DNA from: an uncultured Planctomycetota bacterium | GTDB lineage: Bacteria; Planctomycetota; Planctomycetia; Isosphaerales; Isosphaeraceae | DNA length: 64,000 nucleotides | NCBI GenBank assembly: GCA_963823665.1 | Contig: CAWGMQ010000004.1 | Span: 2,400,001-2,464,000, forward strand | Direction of reading: 5' to 3' | Shown: one piece after another, positions 35,301-47,538 of the stretch | Position numbering within the stretch: the stretch's first letter is position 1 | Layout of the letters: each line of letters opens with the position of its first letter | Translations under genes and position numbers: made by a program | The notes under the pieces: generated by a model | Told to the model about the DNA's origin: nothing | What the model saw: the letters and a program-made list of their open reading frames with translations, nothing else | The model's database searches: none

Positions 35301-38300
35301 GTACCATTGCCGTAGATGAACTCAAATGGCGTGCTCGGGCCGGTGTCCGTCGTCACGACGAAGTAGTAGGTACCGCTCAACCCCTCCGGCAACGTCACCT
35401 GGGCTGTCCGCACGTAGCTGCCGCCGGGCCCCACCGGCCCGAGGTGGTCGAACAGTCCGAAGTCCTGAACGATGTCTTTGCCCGCCGGATCACTCGCCAG
35501 TGCCAGGTCGTCGTCCCAGCTCGGCACGCTCGTCAGCCCGATCCCCTGGTTAGTCACGGTCCACGTCACGTTGACCGGCAAGCCGCTGCCCGCGTTTTGC
35601 GGATCCACGATCGACGAGACCACCAGATCGGCGTACGGGATGGGCATCACGTCGAAAAGATTGGGTGCTTCGCCGATATTGCCCCCTCTCATGCCATTCT
35701 CGAAGACTGCGTCGCCTGCGTCCGCCTCGACGAAGAGATGATATTGGCCGGTGAAGCCGGCCGGCATCTGGACGGTCTGCGTCTGTGTGTAGCTTGCACC
35801 TGGGGCGAGGCTGGTCGTATGAGGATACTCAGCAAGAACGATCGCATTGGGGTCGGCATAGTTATCAGTCGGCGAGGCGATGATCGCATCGGTCCAGGTA
35901 CTGGTTTGCCCCGCGCCCGTGCCGATATTCGTCACCGTCCACGAAATCACAGGGTAGGCCGGGTCGCCGATGGTCTGCATCGGTGCAGTGACATTGGTGA
36001 CCGAAAGAACGGCATACGGCGCAATCGAGATGTTGATGGCTTGTGAAGTCGTGCTCGATACACCACCTGGCTCGATGAGCTGGCTGGTCGCGTCGGCCAC
36101 GATGATGATCTGATACGTTCCGTTGTCACCGAGCGGAATTGTTGCAGTTGCCGAGCCGGTGGCGCTCTGGCCTGGGCCGAGTGGTCCGGTTTGAGATACT
36201 GTGCCCAGCAGCAACGAGCTGGCCGTCACCTGGCTGGTCGTCGAGAGGTAGGCGTCATCGACCCAGCCGCTCAAAGTCGGCGCGGTACCTTTGTTGGTCG
36301 TGGACCAATTAACCGTGATCGATGTACCCGAGGTTGCCGAAGTTGGGGCGAGGGTGATCGACGGAACCAGGTCGACGTGGCCGAAAACAAGCGGTTGTGG
36401 TGCACTGGCGAGGTTGTTGGCTCGGTCGGGGTCGGTGGTGACGGCGTCGCCCGAGTCACTGTCAACGATGACCTGGTAACTGCCATCGGCAAGATCTGCT
36501 CGGCAGCGTGTCCGTAAGCGTGCCGTTATACGAGCTTCCCGCCGCCAATCCACCGGTTCTCGTTTACCGAGCCAAGCAGTGTGGCGTCGCTCAGCTTGCC
36601 ATCCGGGCGAAAGATACACGGAGTCAGTCCATGATCCGGTCGCCGGCGAGCCGCCCACGTTCGTGACAGTCCAGGTCACCGACTCCGACTGCCCCGGCTG
36701 CCCGGCGGTAAGTGACGACGTCACCGCAGAGGCAGCCAGATCCGGCGGCGGCGGCGCCGACAGGTTGATCTGCGGCGCTGCTCTGCTGGGTTGTCAGGTC
36801 TGACTCGTTCACCACCCCGCCCGCATCGGCAACGACCACCAGGTAATAAGTACCGGCCTGCAGCGACGAGTCGATCGGAATCTGCACTGTCGACTGCCCG
36901 GTGTAGCTGCTACTGGGGGCAAGCGCCCTGAATTCTGCGCACTATAGGAATTGAGATAGATCGCCCCTGCTCCGAGCGTGGGCGTGGCAGAGAGATAAAC
37001 GTCATCGACCCATGGTCCGGTCGCACTGGCCGTGCCGTTATTGGTAACGGTCCACCCCAGGCTAAGTGTTGCGCCGAGTGTCGCCGAGGTCACCGATGGC
37101 TGGACCGAGCTGACGACCAGGTCCGGCAGCGATATCGTGAACGAAGCCTGAAACGCAGCTGCCCAGCAGCGTTCCCTCTTCGGCCTGCACGCCCGGTGCC
37201 GATCGTGAGCTCGTACGAGCCGTTGGCCCGCTGGGGCGTGATCGGGATGCTGTAGGTGTCGCCGCTTACCAACTACCCCTGCCCAACCGTCACTGCGCCG
37301 CCAGGCCCCGTCAGGGTGATGTTGGATCCGTTCAAGGTCGAGATGTTCATGACCTTGTTGAACGTCACTGCAATCGAATTCACGACGTCGTTCAGCGTGC
37401 CCGACGGGCTCACCGAAACCACCGCCAGCACCGAGTGGTCGATCGTGAAGCTCGTCTGGTAGGCCGCGGCCATCGCGTTGCCGGAAATGTCGAGCACACC
37501 CGGGCCGCCGATGCTGACGTTGTAGGTTCCTTCTTCTGTTTGCGTCGGGAAGGTGACGGTGTAGTCTGCCGCGTCGACTTCGGTGATGGTGATCGAGCTG
37601 GTCGCGATCGCACCGGCGGGGCCGCTAATAGTCACTTCACTGCTGGTGAACGTGCTCGGGTTGATGGCTTTGTCAAAGCTGACGCGCAAGGCTCGACACG
37701 TTGGCGCTGGTTACCCCTGACGGGCTCACGTCGAGACGACTGGCGGCGTTGTGTCGGGCGTGAGCTGGAATTGATCGGTAACGCCCGAGCCGAGCGAGTT
37801 GCCCGCAATATCGGCGATCGACGGCGAAAGCGCGAGCGTATATGTGCCACCTTTGGTCAGTGGTGCGGCGAAAGTCACTACGTAGGTGGTTCCTGATCCG
37901 ATCACTGAAGCCGGCTGGATCGAACCGGTGATTCCCGGGCCGCTGATCGCGATCGAGGAGGCGCCGATCGTCGCGGCATTGATGTTTTCGCTGAAGGTGA
38001 GTGTGCGCGAATAGAGCGGGTCCCTGCGCGGAGGGTGAGCCCGGCACCAGCGTCGGGGGGATGGTGTCGATCGTGTAGCTGACGCTCGCGTTAGCCGCGG
38101 CTGCCGCAAGGTCGGCGTGAAGGTCACCTTGGCCGTGTGGCTGCCGTTCACCAAGGCTGGGGAAGTGAATGAATAAGTCCCGGCGGCCGTGACCGACTGC
38201 GACGTGGTGCTCGTGCCATCGCCCTTGAAATCGACTTGAATCAAACCTCCTTCGTTCACCGTCACGTCGAAAGTGGGTGTGGTGTCGTTCGTGATGTCGT

Positions 38301-41300
38301 CACCCTTCACACCCGAATCGCTGCCGGGGTCAAGGATGACCGAAGCTTGACCTGGAAGGGCGGATCCGGAAGTTACGGTCGTGGTTGCGCTGTTTGCAAC
38401 GTCCGGCGCCACGCCGCTGCCGAGTAACACGAGTTGTGACAGGCCCGACGCGGTCGTGACCGTAGCCGCCGCCAGGAACGGGTTGCCTTCTGGTGTGCCG
38501 CCGCTGCTCGTGAGAATGATATCCGTGATTCGGGCAGTGGCGAAGGAACTCGGCAGCACGAACGTCTGCATGTCGAGCCGAACCTGGCCGTTGCCGAACG
38601 ATGCTGAAGGTGTGCCGGGCGCAATCGTATCGTTGTAGCCGTCGTTATTGAAGTCGCGGATATTGGTACCTTCAACCAGACTGAAAAACCGCGTCGGCAC
38701 CTCCCGTTCCTTTCACCTCGACGGTGCCGACCGTGTCGCCAGCCACTCCGTAGGTGGAGTTGATCAGCGTATTGAGTACGGTGCCGCCGCTGATGTTCAC
38801 GGGGATGTCAAATGATGTGCCGCTTCCTGTCGTTTGCAGAATGCCCAGACTGGAGGAATTCGCTCCATCGGGAATCAGCGCAAAGTCGACGCCGCCAACA
38901 GTAAGAGTTGTGGGTGCGATCGGGTAATCGGTGCCATTAGAATAGGTCCGCAGGTCGGCATTGGTCAGACTCGATTCAGATTCATAAGCCGTGTGGTTGA
39001 CGTTCGCGGTGATGGTAATCTGAATGTTGCCTATGCCGTCCGCCCCGCTTGGCAGTGTGAAGGAATACTGGTCCGGCTGCGACGCTCCTGGATCGAGGTC
39101 GCCGTTTAAACCCGGATCGGCAAGCACCAGCGCGGAGACCAACGTATCACCTGTGGTCGTGTCGGTAACCACGACCTGATCGTCCCATGCAGTTGTCGCG
39201 GGCAGACTCCCTGTGTTCGAATCGTCCCAGGTGATCGTCAAGTTCGATCCCTGCGTTAATCCGGTCGACGGACTGACCGCAAGATTGGTGACCTTGATAT
39301 TCTGCACTTCGCTCGGCAGGTTGGTAACGGAGACGGACGCGGGTGTGAGCCCGCTGTAGCTTGAATCCGAGCTCACCGCCGGCGAAAAAACAACCTGATA
39401 CGGAACACTTCCTGATTGATTATCGTTGACACCGGTTACTGTTACCGTCTGGGGTACATTCCAGTCAGCGGTCGTGAAAGTGAGCGTCGCTGGAGAAACG
39501 GTCCCTACAGACGTGCTGCTGGAGGTCAGGTTGAGTGTCACGTTGGCCGTCGGCGCAACAGCCAGCTCGACTGTGAATGCTGCAAAATCGCCCGCCTCGC
39601 TGGTGAACAAGCCAGTGGCCGGGAAAACCCGTATGTCAGCGGTCGCGGCAACGAGGTTAAAGCTGCTCGTACCGTAAACCGTCTGGAAAGTGGCCCCGGT
39701 CGCGTAGCTCAGACCGGTATACGTCGAATACTCACCCGATTGGGAGGCATAAGTGACGACCGAGAACTGGTTGCCGATCTGAGGCGTGAATCCATTAATC
39801 AAGGAAACGGCGATCGTGCCGTTCGCGTCAAACGGCGCCGGTGACGGCAAGCTGATCGTACTGAGTACCAGCCGTGGTTCCCGCGAGCTGGACGTTGAGC
39901 GTTCCGTCAGCGTACTGGCTCAAACTGCCGTCGATTGTCAACACGCCGATACCATTGTCTCCCGGCGTGATCACACCAGCATTCTCCACATCGGCCTGGA
40001 TCGTGCTGTCTCCGGAGAGATTACTGCCGGGGAGAAGGTGCACCGTGCCGCCGGTCACCGTTCCACTGCTGTTGGCGCTCAAGTTAACGTTCGTCAGGTT
40101 GATCGTGCCGGTTGTCAACTCGATCTGTCCGCTGTTAGTCGCGCTGAGCGTCGAGTTGTATTCGGCATTGGAGGCGAGGCTCGTCAGATCCGCGAGGTCG
40201 ATCACGCTGCTTGCGGCATCCGCGCTGAAGGATGTGCATCCGCTGGGGTCGCTGGCCAGCTTGCTGAGATTGACCTCGCCGCCGGCCTGTGCATCGATGT
40301 AGAGCGACGCGTATCCCGTTGCGCCGTCGAGTGAGGTCAGGCTGGTGAGGTCAAGTATGGTGCCTGCACCATTGGCAAGGAGCGTCGCGCCGCTTGGCTC
40401 TGAGAATTGCGCAAGCGCCGGAAACGCGAGATCGCCACCGCCGTAGGCATAAAGATTGGACGAGGTGATCGAGGTGATCTGGCTGGTGGTGATCGAGGAC
40501 ATGCCGTCGTCAAGCTGAATGTCACCGCGGTTGAGCGTGGTGAGGTCGCCTGCGAGGATCTTGCCGCCGTTGCTGGCCTCAAAACCTGAATCGGATTCGG
40601 CGTCGGAATAGAGTTCGGGTAGCTTCGAGAAGTCGATGACGCTGCTCGTGCCATCGGCGTGGGCGTAGATCCGTCCGGTGGACTGACTGGTGACGTTGCT
40701 GAGATTGACCTCGCCGCCGGCCTGTGCATTGAAATAGAGCGTGGAGTAGCCCGTTGCGCCGTCGATCGACATCAAGCTGGTGAGGTCGAGCACGCTGCCT
40801 GCGCCATTGGCCAGGATCGTTTCGCCGTTGGGCTCGGAGAATTGAGCGAGCGCTGGAAAGGCGAGATCGCCACCGCCGTAGACAGACAGGTTGGACGAAG
40901 TGATCGAGGTGATCTGGCTGGTGGTGATCGAGGACATGCCGTCGTCAAGCTGAATGTCACCGCGGTTGAGCGTGGTGAGGTCGCCTGCGAGGATCTTGCC
41001 GCCGTTGCTGGCCTCAAAACCTGAATCGGATTCGGCGTCGGAATAGAGTTCGGGTAGCTTCGAGAAGTTGATGACGCTGCTCGTGCCGTCGGCGTGGGCG
41101 TAGATCCGTCCGGTGGACTGACTGGTGACGTTGCTGAGATTGACCTCGCCGCCGGCCTGGGCGTCGATGTAGAGCGTCGAATAACCGGTCGCGCCCGTTA
41201 AAGACGTCAAGCTGGTGAGGTCAAGGACACTTCCTACGCCGTTGGCCAGGAGCGTGGCGCCGTTGGGCTCGGAGATTTGAGTCAGGGCCGGAAAGGCGAG

Positions 41301-43517
41301 ATCGCCACCGCCGTAGACAGACAGGTTGGACGAGGTGATCGAGGTGATCTGGCTGGTGGTGATCGAGGACATGCCGTCGTCAAGCTGAATGTCACCGCGG
41401 TTGAGCGTGGTGAGGTCGCCTGCGAGGATCTTGCCGCCGTTGCTGGCTTCAAAACCTGAATCGGATTCGGCGTCGGAATAGAGTTCGGGTAGCTTCGAGA
41501 AGTTGATGACGCTGCTCGTGCCGTCGGCGTGGGCGTAGATCCGTCCGGTGGACTGACTGGTGACGTTGCTGAGATTGACCTCGCCGCCGGCCTGGGCGTC
41601 GATGTAGAGCGTCGAATAACCGGTCGCGCCCGTTAAAGACGTCAAGCTGGTGAGGTCAAGGACACTTCCTACGCCGTTGGCCAGGAGCGTGGCGCCGTTG
41701 GGCTCGGAGATTTGAGTCAGGGCCGGAAAGGCGAGATCGCCACCGCCGTAGACAGACAGGTTGGACGAGGTGATCGAGGTAATCTGGCTGGTGGTGATCG
41801 AGGACATGCCGTCGTCAAGCTGAATGTCACCGCGGTTGAGCGTGGTGAGGTCGCCTGCGAGGATCTTGCCGCCGTTGCTGGCCTCAAAACCTGAATCGGA
41901 TTCGGCGTCGGAATAGAGTTCGGGTAGCTTCGAGAAGTCGATGACGCTGCTCGTGCCGTCGGCGTGGGCGTAGATCCGTCCGGTGGACTGACTGGTGACG
42001 TTGCTGAGATTGACCTCGCCGCCGGCCTGGGCGTCGATGTAGAGCGTCGAATAACCGGTCGCGCCCGTTAAAGACGTCAAGCTGGTGAGGTCAAGGACAC
42101 TTCCTACGCCGTTGGCCAGGAGCGTGGCGCCGTTGGGCTCGGAGATTTGAGTCAGGGCCGGAAAGGCGAGATCACCACCGCCGTAGGCAGACAGGTTGGA
42201 CGAAGTGATCGAGGTGATCTGGCTGGTGGTGATCGAGGACATGCCGTCGTCAAGCTGAATGTCACCGCGGTTGAGCGTGGTGAGGTCGCCTGCGAGGATC
42301 TTGCCGCCGTTGCTGGCCTCAAAACCTGAATCGGATTCGGCGTCGGAATAGAGTTCGGGTAGCTTCGAGAAGTTGATGACGCTGCTCGTGCCGTCGGCGT
42401 GGGCGTAGATCCGTCCGGTGGACTGACTGGTGACGTTGCTGAGATTGACCTCGCCGCCGGCCTGGGCGTCGATGTAGAGCGTCGAATAACCGGTCGCGCC
42501 CGTTAAAGACGTCAAGCTGGTGAGGTCAAGGACACTTCCTACGCCGCTGGCCTGGATTGTGGCGCCATTGGGCTCGGAGATCTGAGTCAGGGCCGGAAAG
42601 ACGAGATCGCCACCGCCGAAGGCAAAGAGATTGGAAGACGTGATCGAGGTGATCTGGCTGGTGGTGATCGACGACAAGTTGTCGTCAAGATGAATGTCGC
42701 CGCGATTGAGGGAGGTGAGGTCACCGGCGAGAATCTTGCCGCCATTGCTGGCTTCGAAACCGGAGTTGTTCTCGGCGTCGGACAACAGCTCGGGAAGTTT
42801 CGAGAAGTCGATGACGCTGCTGGCACCGTCGGCGTGGGCGTAGATGTCGCCGGTGGGCTGGCTGGTGACGTTGCTGAGATTGACCTCACCGCCGGCCTGG
42901 GCATTGATGTTAAGCGCGGAGTAACCCGTTGCTCCCGAAAGCGTCGTAAGGTGAGACAAGTCGACGAGGCTTCCCGTGCCGTTTGCCTGGATCGTGGCGC
43001 TATTTGAGCCGGTATAGCTTGTGGCCCCTGGCAGGGCCAAGGACGCACCCGAAGCTGCATAGAGGTTTGCACCGTCGATCGTTGTCGCTCCGGTTGCGGT
43101 GAACGTCACCCCGCTTCCAGAAGCCTCCAGCGTCGCGCCGGCGGCTACAGTCAGCGCGCCGCTGATCTGGGACGTCCCCGAAGTGACCTCGAATGAGCCT
43201 CCGGTGATATCGATTGCGGCATTGTCCGTGATGCTCAGAAAAGACGAGTTGCCGTTATAGAGGATTGTCAGACTGCTTCCGACATTGATGAGCGCGCTGT
43301 CATTACTTCCCGGCGCCGCGCTCAGACTCCAGTTGCTGCCGTCCTGCCAGCTCTTGCCGTCACCGGCGCCGGTCCAGACATCCTGAGCCAGGAGCAGGCG
43401 CTGTTCGAGAAACTCCATGAACAACTGCCGCGGACGCGCCGTCTTGCCGCGGAGCAAGTTGAAGCTTGCTCTCTTTGCGCGCGCGTTCGAATCCCGTTGC
43501 GATCGCGATGATGCCAT
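14397..43517 (-). CDS. Giant (about 9,700 aa) multidomain extracellular RHS/YD protein, split by many indels into same-strand ORFs
   Basis: A single start (ATG 43517, FLEQRLLL leader). Consecutive overlapping minus-strand ORFs continue domains across junctions (39828-43517, 38672-39850, 37726-38700 ... 31330-35325 ... 23408-26764, 14397-23456). Order: solenoid repeats, Calx-beta-like, Ig/SbsA-like, many CARDB, propeller-like region, He_PIG array, dockerin-like, Big_13-like, YD repeats, RHS core (YYMRARLYDPTTGRFTQSDP..NNPVNLIDPSG), hydrophobic region, HELGH zincin. Confidence 0.8.
16239..19700 (-). other. YD/RHS repeat shell and RHS-associated core of the giant protein
   Basis: Dozens of TxYxYDxxGxL repeats ending in PVNLIDPSG (DPSG at 16250-16239). 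Confidence 0.92.
40180..43020 (-). repeat. Coding tandem repeat, 435 bp (145 aa), about 6.5 copies
   Basis: The anchor GCTGAGATTGACCTC recurs at 40263, 40698, 41133, 41568, 42003, 42438 and 42873 (exact 435 spacing); the central copies are nearly identical. Confidence 0.95.
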
Positions 43518-44163
43518 TTTTACTGTCCCTTGACAGATGTCTCGCTCGTGGTGACGGTCCGCTATGGCAATGCGAAAAGGTCGGCATGGTCTCCGGGATA
43601 TGACACCCGGTACGGCGGCTGAGCCGGATCCCTAGTTTACCAGTCTCGGTTCGCGTGTTGAATTGGGCAGTCTGGCCAATATGGAGGAGACGATCGCCAG
43701 CGAGTCTCAAGCACCCTTGCCAGCAGGGCTTTCCGAACAGCATCGCTCATTTAAGACGTCTCGCCAATCGAATCGTTCTGCTCATCATGAGCGAAACTCC
43801 ACGATTCGCCTCATTGGCACTCAAAAATCGTCTAAAGGCTGCGCATTCTCACACGAACCTGCTTGCTGAACAATCCTCCGGTCCTTAAGGGCGGCCTTCG
43901 CCTATCGTCGCTAATGACCCATCTCAACAGCATTCTGCCGATTGGCAGGGCAATTATCTTAACCAACTCTAAAAGCTTATGGAAGTACCATCATGGATTA
44001 AATCATGCATGATGATGATTGCTGTGGATTCAAAGCATGGCGGGTTGTGGTGGATTCGCTGGCGTTTGCTGGCTTTGGAACGTCCCGGGAGGGAGGCAAG
44101 ACAGAACGCGATTGCCTGGGTATGATGCGACTGGCCTGGCAGTGAGGTCGGGCAGGGATCGAG

Positions 44164-46795
44164 ATGGGATGCATGGACCGACAGGGATTGGAAATCCGAT
44201 CGAGCATGGCGCCGACGGTCTTCTCGGCACCGGTTTGGACATGGTTCGAGCAGACGTTTCCGCAGGGTGCGACCCCAGCGCAAGAACTGGCGTGGCCGGC
44301 AATCGCCTCGGCTGAAAATGTGCTCCTGATCGCACCGACGGGAACCGGCAAGACGCTTGCTGCTTTCCTGGCCATACTCGACCGGCTATTCCGGTTTGAG
44401 CTGGAGCAAGCGCTTGCGAGCGGCGTTCGGTGCGTCTACGTGTCGCCGCTGCGCAGCCTCAACTATGACATCGAAAGAAACCTGAGATGGCCGCTGGACG
44501 GGATTTGCCAGCAACTTGGACGCCAAGACTGTCCGGTGCACGTCGGTGTGCGAACGGGTGACACATCGGCCTACACGAGGCGTTTGATGCGCGAGCATCC
44601 GCCTCACATCCTGATCACCACGCCCGAGAGTCTCTCGCTGCTACTCAGCCAGGAAACATGGCGGCCGATGTGGCGCGGCCTCGACCACATCATCATCGAC
44701 GAAATCCACGCACTGGCGCCGACAAAACGAGGTGCGGATCTTGCGGTTTCGCTCGAGCGGCTGGCGTCGTACTGTGCGAGTGATCCGATTCGCATCGGGC
44801 TGTCGGCAACGTGCGCCGCAAGCTGAGAATGTCGCTCGATTTCTGGCTGGCCAATCACGTTCTTGCCGGGTGATCACAGCACCGCCGCCGCCGGGAACAC
44901 CGCCGATCCAGATCGATGTGGAGAGCTTGATCTCAGCCGGCGAGGAACCACACCGCGGTCTGAGCTATCGGCGTTTGCTCAAGTGTCTGCGGCGGTCGAT
45001 CAAGAATAACCGCACGACAGTGATCTTCGCCAACACCCGTGCATTTGCGGAAAAGCTGACGCACGACCTGCGGCAGGAGCCATCGCTCTCATCCTCGCCG
45101 GAACCGGTTGTCGTTGCGCACCACTCGGCGCTGGACGCAAACCGCCGGAGAGAGACTGAATCGGCTCTTCGCGAGGGGAAGATCCGAGCTGTTGTCACGA
45201 GTACAAGCCTCGAGCTCGGCGTCGACATCGGCACCGCGGACCTGACGATTCAGATTGGCTCGCCAGGAGGTGTTGGGCGTTGCGTGCAACGTGTGGGACG
45301 GGCGGGCCATCGCCGGGGCGCTCAATCACGCGGGCTGCTAGTGGCGGCAACGCCTGCGGAGCTAGCCGGCGCAGCGGTCACGGCGCAGGCGGCCCGGGCC
45401 GGGCATGTCGAACCGCTGGGGATGGTCAGGGCGCCCCTCGACGTGCTCTGCCAGCAGTTGATCGGAATGGCGTGCAATGGCGACCAGTGCGCGAACGAGG
45501 CGTTTGACCTGATCCGCAATGCGTTGCCGATGGCCGAGCTCCGTCGAGCCGATTTTGACGATTGCATCGATTTCCTGGCGGGTAAGCTTGACACGCCGGC
45601 CGGAGCCGTCGAAGGGGAGAGTGACGCTCTGCCGCGCTGGACTTCGCCGCGGCTGTGGAGCCGCGATGGGTACTTCGGTCTATGCAGCCAACGCGTTGCG
45701 CAGTGGTTCCGGAACAACGTGGGCACAATCCTTTCTGAAGAGACGGTTCGAGTGATCGAACAGGGTGTCGCGATCGGCACACTCGAGGCCGCGTATGCCG
45801 AGCGTCTGGTTCCAGGCGATCGATTTGTGCTTGACGGCCGCGCTCTGGAATTCCGCCGCCTGGAGCGATCGATACTTTTCGCCCGTTCCACAGCGGGCGA
45901 GCCCGCGCTGCCACGCTGGACGAGCACGCGACAATCCCTCTCGTTCGAGCTGGCCCAAGAGCTTGCTCGCTTTCGGAGCGAAGCTGGGCATTGTCTCCTC
46001 AACGACGGGCCATCTGTCCTTCGTTCGTGGCTTGCCCGGGTCATGCAGCTCGATGAGCATGCGTCGGAGGTGCTCGTCGAGTTGTTCGAGGCGCAAGTGC
46101 AGTGGAGTGAGATTCCTTCGGAAGCGGAACTATTCGTCGAACGCTCACCATTGCCCTCCGGACGGGGTTTGATTTACACGTTTCATGCTCCGTTGCACGG
46201 GGCGGCCTGTGAAGCACTTGGACGTGCTGTGGCTGCACGTCTAGGCCAGCAGATCGGCCGCGACTTGACACTGTGCGTCGCCGACCTGGGCTGGTCAATT
46301 CGGACGGGCGAGGACGATGAGTCTTTGCTCTCGGCCGAGTCGATCCGGTCGCTGCTCTCGATTGAAGGCTTTGCTGATGCTGTGCTGCAAGGGGTCGACC
46401 GTGGCGAGCTGCCGGCGCGTCGGTTTCGGCACGTCGCTTCGACGGCGCTCATGGTCCTGCGAAACCCTGAACCTGGGCGCCGCGTGCGGGTGGGCGGGCT
46501 CAACTGGGTGAGTACGCGGCTCTACCCCATGGTCAAGTCAGCCTGCCCCGACCATCCTCTGCTCCGCGAGACACGCCGCGAGGTGCTCGAAGACGTTCTG
46601 GATGTTCCGGCCGCAACGCGCTGGCTGGCAGAACGACGGGAGATTCGAGTTCGGCACTTGCCGGCGCTCTCGCCGTTTGCCGCGGCGTGGATCGAGCAGG
46701 GTGAAGCTGACATCCTTCGCTTTGAATCACCCGAGGCAGCACTCCGCCGGTTACATGCAAGATTGGTCCACAGCGGTCACGAGGCAATCCGATGA
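44164..46795 (+). CDS. lhr: Lhr-like DEXH helicase (Lhr-core); frameshift near 44815; start could be 44173 or 44206
   Basis: APTGTGKT, YVSPLRSL, RTGDT, ITTPESL, DEIH, GLSAT, HHSAL, TSLELGVDIG, QRVGRAGHR, PLDVLCQQ. Confidence 0.9.
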
Positions 46796-47517
46796 TTGAG
46801 TGCGCGGCTTCGATGGAAACGAAGCTCCCCACCTTCGAAGGCTGGCAATTCACACCCGAAGGAGCTGTTGTTCACCTTGCTGAGCAAACCGCCGTTGTTG
46901 CCGACTTTCACCTGGGATATGAGTGGGCTCGAGGCGCTGCGGGCGACTGTGTCCTTGCCCATTCACTTGGGGAAACACTCGCTCGGCTTTCCACGTTGCT
47001 TGACCGGTGTGGGATGTCGCGATTAATTGTCGCGGGGGACCTGCTCGAATCGGCTCGCCCGTGCCCTCGCACGGCTCGCGACCTGGAATGCCTGAAACGC
47101 TGGCTTGCCGAGCGCGATGTGAGTTTTTTGGTTCTGGAAGGGAACCACGATTTGAGCTTCTCGTCGTCCGCAAGACGGGCACAAACCGCCCCGGACTGCT
47201 TGCCCAGAACGTGTGTGGTTGGAGGCTGGACGATCGGCCATGGCCACCGGCCAATTGTGGGCCGGGCCCGCATCTCCGGTCATCATCATCCTGTACTTCG
47301 CTGGCGGGGGATCACGGCCCCGTGCTTCCTGGCGGGGCCGGGTCAAATCGTGCTGCCTGCGTTTTCAAGAGACGCGGCAGGCTGCAACGTGCTTTCCGCC
47401 GCGCTACCGGAGGAGTGGCTTGCTGGTTCCCTGCGTTGCCTGGTCGTCACCGGTAATGCAGTCCTTGATTTTGGACCGCTCGTGGAACTCCGGCGCAGGC
47501 TGAAGCGGGGGAGTTGA
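46792..47517 (+). CDS. Calcineurin-like metallophosphoesterase (Lhr-associated MPE type)
   Basis: ADFHLG, AGDL, GNHD, GHGH, GHHHP, LPAFS; ATGA overlap with lhr. Confidence 0.88.
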   Translation: MIECAASMETKLPTFEGWQFTPEGAVVHLAEQTAVVADFHLGYEWARGAAGDCVLAHSLGETLARLSTLLDRCGMSRLIVAGDLLESARPCPRTARDLECLKRWLAERDVSFLVLEGNHDLSFSSSARRAQTAPDCLPRTCVVGGWTIGHGHRPIVGRARISGHHHPVLRWRGITAPCFLAGPGQIVLPAFSRDAAGCNVLSAALPEEWLAGSLRCLVVTGNAVLDFGPLVELRRRLKRGS

Positions 47518-47538
47518 ACTTTCGGTGTCAGAGTTCGC

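Noticed and set aside
23400..39900. An operon of many separate Ig/CARDB genes, pseudogenes, or programmed frameshifting
   Set aside because: Domains run across the junctions, internal ORFs lack leaders, I saw no recurring slippery motif, and similar indels hit unrelated genes such as lhr and the HEAT protein.
40180..43020. CRISPR array or DGR template/variable repeats
   Set aside because: The repeats are contiguous, in frame and spacer-less, and no cas or reverse transcriptase gene is present in the window.
43518..44160. Possible c-di-GMP or other riboswitch upstream of the giant gene
   Set aside because: The region is long and AT-richer, but I could not find a convincing consensus by eye. 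An Rfam/Infernal scan is needed.
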